DNA from: Terriglobia bacterium
GTDB lineage: Bacteria > Acidobacteriota > Terriglobia > Terriglobales > Acidobacteriaceae
DNA: 64,000 bases
Direction of reading: 5' to 3'
NCBI GenBank assembly: GCA_963816865.1
Contig: CAWFMU010000021.1
Span: forward strand, 24,450 to 88,449
The position numbers and the translations under genes were made by a program. Shown piece by piece: positions 58,716 through 64,000 of the stretch (its first letter is position 1; every line of letters starts with the position of its first letter). Below the pieces are notes generated by a model. The model did not search any database, was not told the origin of the DNA, and saw only the letters and a list, made by a program, of their open reading frames with translations.

Positions 58716-59361
58716 CGCGTCACTTCTGCTTCCGCCGGAAGCATTTTCTCCAGCACCTGCTCCCAGGTGGGAATCCCGTTATCAACCTTGTATTGATACA
58801 ACCGCTCGAACACATCGCGCCGCAAACACAGCCAGGCGCTGTTCGGGTAGTAGATGTCCATCATTTCGTTCCAGGCCTTTACCGGCAGGCGAAAGCGAGC
58901 CTCTTTGTCCCAGGGGATGGGCGCGACCTGCAACGCTCCATCGCCATCGGCGTAGAAAACTGTTCCGCTGAAGAGAAAATTCAAAGGCACGTCGCCATCG
59001 GCTAGGCCATGAAAATATTTCGTTGACGCGACGTTGAAATCGAATGTGCATGGCACGGGAAGATCAACCACAATGCTGTCCTGAAACGCGGGAGCTACCA
59101 CGCTGGCGTGGGTCCAGAGCATGTTCTTCAGGGTCTGGCCCCAGCGCTCCGGTTCGCCAAAAAGATCACGCATCCTGGCTTTGGTCCTCGCCGCTGTATT
59201 GCCGCCGCGTCACTTCCAACTGGATCTGGCAACGCAAAGCGACAGAGTGCACCACTTCATTCGGGGCGTTGTTGGTAATTGCGGAGCTTGAATAGCAGCG
59301 TAGGAGCCGCCGCGAAGCGCTGCGCTTCCGCCTTCTCGATCTTGAAACTCAGGTCAGGCAC
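58712..59361 (-). CDS. conserved hydrogenase-cluster protein (DUF6084-like by recollection; frame-disrupted as sequenced)
   Basis: GTG 59361 (VPDLSFKIEKAEAQRFAAAPTLLFKLR). The reading moves +1 twice (about 59270 and about 59175) into ORF 58712-59173 (DLFGEPERWGQTL...VPCTFDFNVASTKYF...FLFSGTVFY). Confidence 0.6.
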
Positions 59362-60021
59362 TGGTTTTGTCTCCTACTACAGTTGCCCGTCGTTTGAGCA
59401 AATCGAAAAAGTTGCCGATTTCCTGCCAGACCTCGGTGCCGCCCGAGAGCCCGCTTCCAGTTCGCGCGAATCAGCCCGACCAGCTTGTAACATTCGTCAA
59501 TCGGGAGCACGTAATACTCGGGCGCCGTAAACCCGCGAGCATGCCCCACCCGGTTCACCAGGAGCGCTTCAACATCGGACTCCATCTCTCTAAGGACGGG
59601 ATTAGCATCCTCAATGTCCGTGCCAGGTCTCGAGCTCCAGCAGCGATTCCGTAGCGCCCGCCGGGCTGGGATAAAAAGCCACCACCCTCGCATCCGGCGT
59701 GCTGCGGAAAAAGAAAACCATATTGATGGGGACCATCAGGCTCTCCCATTGGCCATCGGAGAGATGGAAATCTGCCAGGGAAAGCACGCGTCGGGGAACG
59801 CGTTTGTATTTCGCCCCCATGGCACCGAACAGTATCGCGCAAGCGTCACAAGTACACAGCAGCTTGCGAGTGCCCGGTTCGATCAGATGAGGATGGTGGC
59901 TGCCAACCTCGGCGCTGCACAGTTCGCAGCGTTCAACATCCCGCTTGCGCCGGACAAACTGGCGCAGCGCTCCAAATGCATTCTCGTATCCGGGCTGGCC
60001 CACGTCCATGAGACGGCTCAC
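59354..60021 (-). CDS. conserved hydrogenase-cluster protein with Cys motifs (DUF5947-like by recollection; frame-disrupted as sequenced)
   Basis: ORF 59611-60021 (CELCSAEV...LLCTCDACAILF), then ORF 59349-59693, then a third frame ending ...GLSGGTEVWQEIGNFFDLLKRR. The stop at 59354-59356 overlaps the next GTG (GTGCCTGA). Confidence 0.6.
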
Positions 60022-60027
60022 GATCCC

Positions 60028-60607
60028 TTATTCATGCACCGCAGCGGTGGTAACACTGCCCAGCTTACCCAGAGGAACAAAACCGGACGAACCTGTGGGC
60101 TCTTCCAGTCCCTCGATCACCAAATGCCCCATATCCGGCGCAGCCTCGTACAGAGCATCCTCCACCATCGCTCTTGAGAGTCTTGCCCGTGGAACCGCAC
60201 GCGTGCCCGGTGATCTGAATCTGCAGCCGGACGGTGCCGCCGTCAATGCCAAGCAGTTCCAGCTCGCCTCCGCCTTTACGCACGCGCGGCTGAACTTTTT
60301 CGACCGCCTGGGCTACGCGTCCCTCAAGATCCAGCGGGTGAAGACCATAGAGCACCAGGAGGCTGCCGACCAGAGGATCGCGGCCCAAATCATCGATGAT
60401 GCCCTGCCCTGAATCGTCGTTTTTCGCGACGACTTCCAGGACCCGCTCCAAACCCACGGCATGCAAATCGAGCAGCAATTGCACCAACGCCTTTGCGCTG
60501 GCCCGGGACTCCGCGTCCGAAATATTTTCCAACTCGGCGACCAGTTCGCCTATCCGTTGAACTTTTACCTGAAAGTCTTTGTCATCCGGCATGTTGTTCT
60601 CAGGCAC
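60028..60607 (-). CDS. HhyE-like putative Fe-S protein with NifU C-terminal-type domain (frame-disrupted as sequenced)
   Basis: ORF 60065-60607 (...GGELELLGIDGGTVRLQIQITGHACGSTGKTLK) continues +1 in ORF 60028-60252 (AMVEDALYEAAPDMGHLVIEGLEE). It sits immediately downstream of the large subunit, as the mycobacterial HucE/HhyE genes do. Confidence 0.65.
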
Positions 60608-60677
60608 GTCTTTCTAAGAAACCGCGAGGAGTGAAGGCCACAAGCGTAACCCTCACTCCTCGAAATATTCTGCTCGA

Positions 60678-62474
60678 TTAAGGTTGAACGCCAAACATCG
60701 GCGAGTGATGCGTCTTCAAAACCTTCCCGCCACCCAGGTACATATGGACACCGCACGGTAAGCAGGGATCGAAGCTCCGCACCGCCCGCATGATGTCTAT
60801 GCCCTTGAATTTGTCCGGCCCGTTCTCCTCGAAGATAGGGGTATTCTGCACCGCATCTTCATACGGACCCGGCGTGCCGTAAATGTCGCGCGGATTGGCG
60901 TTCCAGGGCGTTGGCGGATAGGGATGATAATTGGCGATCTTGCCTTTGCGAATCACGACATGGTGCGAGAGCACTCCGCGGACCGCTTCGTGGAAGCCGC
61001 ATCCGATAGCCTCTTCCGGCACTTTGAAATCCGACCAGGTCTTGGTTTTGCCGGCATGAAGTTCCTCCATCGCCTTCTCGGCGAAATGGAGGGCACACCC
61101 AGCGGCATAAGCCTGGAAGTAAGTGCGGGCGCGATCGCGTTCGATGGCATTGCTCCACTGCGGAATCTTCCACTCGAATTCGACCTCCGGCTTCGACATG
61201 GTTTTCGGCAGATAAATCTTCACGCTCTTGCCGGTGGCCTTGATGTAACCGATATCCACGATCCCGGCGAGTGCCGTAGCCCAGAGCCGGGCAATCGGGC
61301 CGCCGCCTGTATCAAGCGCGAGGTGATCGCCGGTGCGCTTGTCGAACCACCGGGGCGACATGACCCAGGTGTACTTGCCACCGAAGTCGCGCTTTTGCGG
61401 CCGGGGTATCGTGGTCTGGTTCCAGGGATGGTTCTTGTCTACCGGATTCCCCAGCGGATCGGTCTTAACAAAGGTCTCGGCGTTCTTCCAATCGTCGTAG
61501 TACGAACTGCCCAGCAGAATGCGGATGTTCAGGTTGATGTCCACCAGGTCGGTCGTGACCAGCTTGCCGTCCACCACGACGCCCGGCGTGACAAACATCT
61601 TCCGGCCCCAGTCCGTCATGTTCTTGTAGGTGTAGTCACAATGCTCGGGATCATTGAACGACCCCCAACATCCGAGCAGGATGCGGCGGCGTCCCACTTC
61701 TTCGTACCCCGGCAGGGCCTGGTAAAAGAAGTCAAACAAATCATCATGCAGCGGAAGCACTTTCTTCATGAACTCGACGTACTTCATCAGCCTGACAATG
61801 TAATCCGTGAACAACTGCACAGTCGGTACTGTCCCGACTCCGCCCGGATACAGAGTCGAAGGATGCACGTGGCGTCCTTCCATCAGGCAGAACATCTCGC
61901 GCGTCATGCGGCTCATCTGCAGTGCTTCGAGATAAAACGAGCCAGTGAACGGATTAAGCGCCGTCATGATATCGGCGATGGTCTTGAAGCCGTGATCGTT
62001 CGAATGCGGCGCAGCCGTGGCTTGCGCTTTCGTCCATACTTTGGGATTGGTTTCCTTCACCATCTGCTCACAGAAATCGACCCCGACCAGATTGTCCTGG
62101 AAAATGTTGTGATCGAACATGTACTCGGCGGCCTCGCCGAGGTTGACGATCCATTCCGCGATGTGCGGCGGCCTCACTCCGAACGCCATATTCTGGGCAT
62201 AGGTCGCACAGGTGGCATGGTTGTCGCCGCAGATGCCGCAGATGCGGCTGGTGATGAAGTGGGCATCGCGCGGGTCTTTTCCCTTCATGAAAATGCTGTA
62301 CCCACGAAAGATCGAAGAGGTGCTGTGGCACTCCGCTACTTTCTTCGCGTCAAAATCAATTTTTGTAAAGATGCCCAGGCTGCCCACGATGCGGGTAATC
62401 GGGTCCCAATTCATCTCCACCAGATTGCGTGATTTGCTGGGAACGTCTTTGGTGGGTGCTGTGATCGTGCTCAT
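60678..62474 (-). CDS. hhyL: [NiFe]-hydrogenase large subunit, group 1h (Hhy/high-affinity type)
   Basis: Intact 598 aa after an AAGGAG RBS. L1 motif TSRICGICGDNH, L2 motif SFDPCLPCGVH, plus a 21-aa C-terminal extension for proteolytic maturation. Confidence 0.9.
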   Translation of the reverse strand: MSTITAPTKDVPSKSRNLVEMNWDPITRIVGSLGIFTKIDFDAKKVAECHSTSSIFRGYSIFMKGKDPRDAHFITSRICGICGDNHATCATYAQNMAFGVRPPHIAEWIVNLGEAAEYMFDHNIFQDNLVGVDFCEQMVKETNPKVWTKAQATAAPHSNDHGFKTIADIMTALNPFTGSFYLEALQMSRMTREMFCLMEGRHVHPSTLYPGGVGTVPTVQLFTDYIVRLMKYVEFMKKVLPLHDDLFDFFYQALPGYEEVGRRRILLGCWGSFNDPEHCDYTYKNMTDWGRKMFVTPGVVVDGKLVTTDLVDINLNIRILLGSSYYDDWKNAETFVKTDPLGNPVDKNHPWNQTTIPRPQKRDFGGKYTWVMSPRWFDKRTGDHLALDTGGGPIARLWATALAGIVDIGYIKATGKSVKIYLPKTMSKPEVEFEWKIPQWSNAIERDRARTYFQAYAAGCALHFAEKAMEELHAGKTKTWSDFKVPEEAIGCGFHEAVRGVLSHHVVIRKGKIANYHPYPPTPWNANPRDIYGTPGPYEDAVQNTPIFEENGPDKFKGIDIMRAVRSFDPCLPCGVHMYLGGGKVLKTHHSPMFGVQP

Positions 62475-62522
62475 CGTAATCGCTCCTTTGCGTTCTCAGT
62501 TGGGCTGCGTTGGCCAGGCTTC

Positions 62523-63589
62523 TTAATAAGATCGCGGGTGGTAACCAGTCGTCAGCTCCGCGCGCGGGTGCCGCCACTGGGGTTCCTTGTTTACTGTGTT
62601 CTGAGTGATCGAGCGCAAGGCCCGTATCGCGCGACCGTACACCCCGATGCTGGCAGTTGAAACCCGCGCTCCCGGCGGCTCGTCCATGAAGGGCATGAAC
62701 TTGTCAGGAAAGCCGGGCATGGTGCATCCAATACAGATGCCGCCCACGTTGGGGCACCCGCCGATGCCGGCCATCCATCCCCGCTTGGGGACATTGCAAT
62801 TAACCACCGGCCCCCAGCATCCCAGTTTCACGATGCACTTGGGAGAGCCATATACCTCCGCGAAATCACCTTGTTCGTAGTAACCCGCACGATCACAACC
62901 GTCATGCACCGTCTGGCCAAACAACCACGTGGGGCGCAGCTGATCGTCCAAAGGAATCATCGGAGCCAGGCCCGCTACTTGATAGAGAAGGTAGAGCACA
63001 GTCTCCATGAAATTGTCCGGCTGAACCGGACATCCCGGAACATTCACGATCGGCAACCCCGCGCCGGAGCGCCAATCCCAGCCCAGGTAGTCGGCCAGGC
63101 CCATGGCGCCCGTGGGATTTCCTTCCATGGCGTGAATGCCGCCGTAAGTGGCGCAGGTTCCGATGGCGATCACCGCCAATGCCTTGGGCGCCAGCCGGTC
63201 AATCCACTCGTTCGTGGTAATCGGCTGCCCGGTCTTGGGATCGGTTCCCAGCGCCGCCCAGTAGCCTTCCTTCTTGATCGTCTCGTTGGGAATCGAACCC
63301 TCGACCACCAGAACAAACGGATCAAGCTTGCCTTCCCACGCGCGATAGAAAAACTTCATGAAGTCGTCGCCGTTTTCGTAGGCCAGCACGGGATTGTGCA
63401 GGTGAACTTTAGGCAAGGCCGGGAATCGCGCCCAAGCAAAACATCTTCGACACTGGGTTGGGTTGCTGCGGTAATTGAAACCGAATCTCCGTCACAGCCG
63501 AGGCCGGCCGTGATCCAGACTATGTGTACCTCTTTAACAGCCGGCGCTTTTTGCGTACTGCGACCGTAAGGAACCGTCTCTGCTGCCAT
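62523..63589 (-). CDS. hhyS: [NiFe]-hydrogenase small subunit, group 1h, no Tat leader (frame-disrupted as sequenced)
   Basis: ATG 63589 after GAGGAG. The N-terminus is MAAETVPYGRSTQKAPAVKEVHIVWITAGLGCDGDS (ORF 63356-63589). The body is in ORF 62523-63416 (ATYGGIHAMEGNPTGA, NVPGCPVQPDN, CPNVGGICIGCTMPGFPD). There is a net +2 shift near 63415-63445. Confidence 0.85.
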
Positions 63590-63812
63590 AGCTGGATACT
63601 CCTCTCAAGCAAATTGTCGGCATGAAAAATGCCTCGTGTCCTCACACAGATGGCCAAACCGAGAAATTGATCTCAGTGATCTAAATTACAGATCGAACCG
63701 TAGAATCAACCTGTTGCGAAGTGGTTGCAAGGGGAGGGAGCCTGAATTATTTCGCCATGGAAGTACGCTGGCGGACATAGGGGAATCCCCGACCCCGGGT
63801 CGTGTGGGGCGG

Positions 63813-63935
63813 GCGCCCTCGCCCGCCGCTCTTGATGTTGGTTTTGAAGGTGTAGTCCTTGGACTTTCGCAGGTCTTATTTTGAAAGGCTACCGTCAGAG
63901 GTCAAGACAGCGGGCGAGGCCGCCCGCCCTGCACG
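63813..63935. repeat. inverted pair of GC-rich hairpin units (family 3)
   Basis: GTGTGGGGCGGGCGCCCTCGCCCGC at 63813-63837. Its near-perfect reverse complement GCGGGCGAGGCCGCCCGCCCTGCAC lies at 63911-63935, flanking about 73 nt. A related GCGGGCGAgtCGCCCGC unit lies at 11237-11255. Confidence 0.7.
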
Positions 63936-63936
63936 A

Positions 63937-64000
63937 TCACGCACTCTTCTTCTCGCCCACCGTCCATTGAATCGCGTGCTGCACCAGTTCGCGAGCGCTT
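63937..64000 (-). CDS. 3' end of an unidentified gene (partial, runs off the window)
   Basis: The minus-strand frame is open from 64000 to TGA at 63937-63939 (...SARELVQHAIQWTVGEKKSA). It is too short to identify. Confidence 0.3.
   Translation of the reverse strand, partial: SARELVQHAIQWTVGEKKSA

Noticed and set aside
60924-62432. 502-aa plus-strand ORF
   Set aside because: It lies entirely antisense to the well-supported hhyL gene. It is Arg/Gly/His-rich with no recognisable motifs. This is the typical stop-poor shadow frame of GC-rich coding DNA.
1-64000. Programmed ribosomal frameshifting or genuine large-scale pseudogenisation as the explanation for the split genes
   Set aside because: I saw no slippery heptamers or stimulatory structures at the junctions I inspected. 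The shifts hit unrelated gene classes, including essential rpsA, and nearly all go in the same direction. That pattern fits insertion errors better. Reads or re-sequencing are still needed to prove it.
1-64000. Mobile elements, prophage, defence systems, tRNA/rRNA genes
   Set aside because: I found no transposase, integrase, phage structural, restriction, toxin-antitoxin or cas-like ORFs. I saw no tRNA-like T-arm/acceptor patterns in any intergenic gap. None is reported.

Overview
GC-rich bacterial chromosomal segment. Gene content and repeat families look like Acidobacteriota (Terriglobia-type), but that is an inference and not verifiable here. I found no rRNA, tRNA, CRISPR array, transposase, integrase or phage genes. 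About 60 protein genes are supported. Left part (1-15.5 kb): signalling and housekeeping genes, including a Ser/Thr kinase, uvrC, an OmpA-like lipoprotein and rpsA. 15.5-26 kb: an island of mostly signal-peptide or Tat-leader enzymes, namely a PQQ dehydrogenase, di-haem cytochrome c, lactonase, SelA-like PLP enzyme, two RidA, RraA-like aldolase, amidohydrolase, MBL hydrolase and an MFS transporter. 26-38 kb: TPR protein, CRTAC1-like protein, a large TonB-dependent receptor and two convergent paralogous discoidin/clan GH-A-like glycosidases. 38-47 kb: cytochrome bd oxidase (cydAB) with a TSUP/DUF1634 pair, an FAH-family hydrolase, an MFS transporter and NDH-2. 48.8-63.6 kb is the main feature: a 17-gene minus-strand locus for a group 1h (Hhy-type, high-affinity, Tat-less) [NiFe]-hydrogenase. 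It carries hypABCDEF, a fused maturation protease, an HhyE-like NifU-type protein and three conserved unknowns. It also has unusual inserts: a leaderless YceI-like lipid/quinone-binding protein, a one-helix mini-protein, a tandem-SIS protein and a monothiol glutaredoxin-like protein. Caveat for all calls: roughly two to three dozen frame disruptions interrupt otherwise convincing genes, including rpsA. Nearly all that I phased are net +1 (one extra base), which points to a sequence-quality artefact rather than biology. Three families of structured intergenic repeats are also present.
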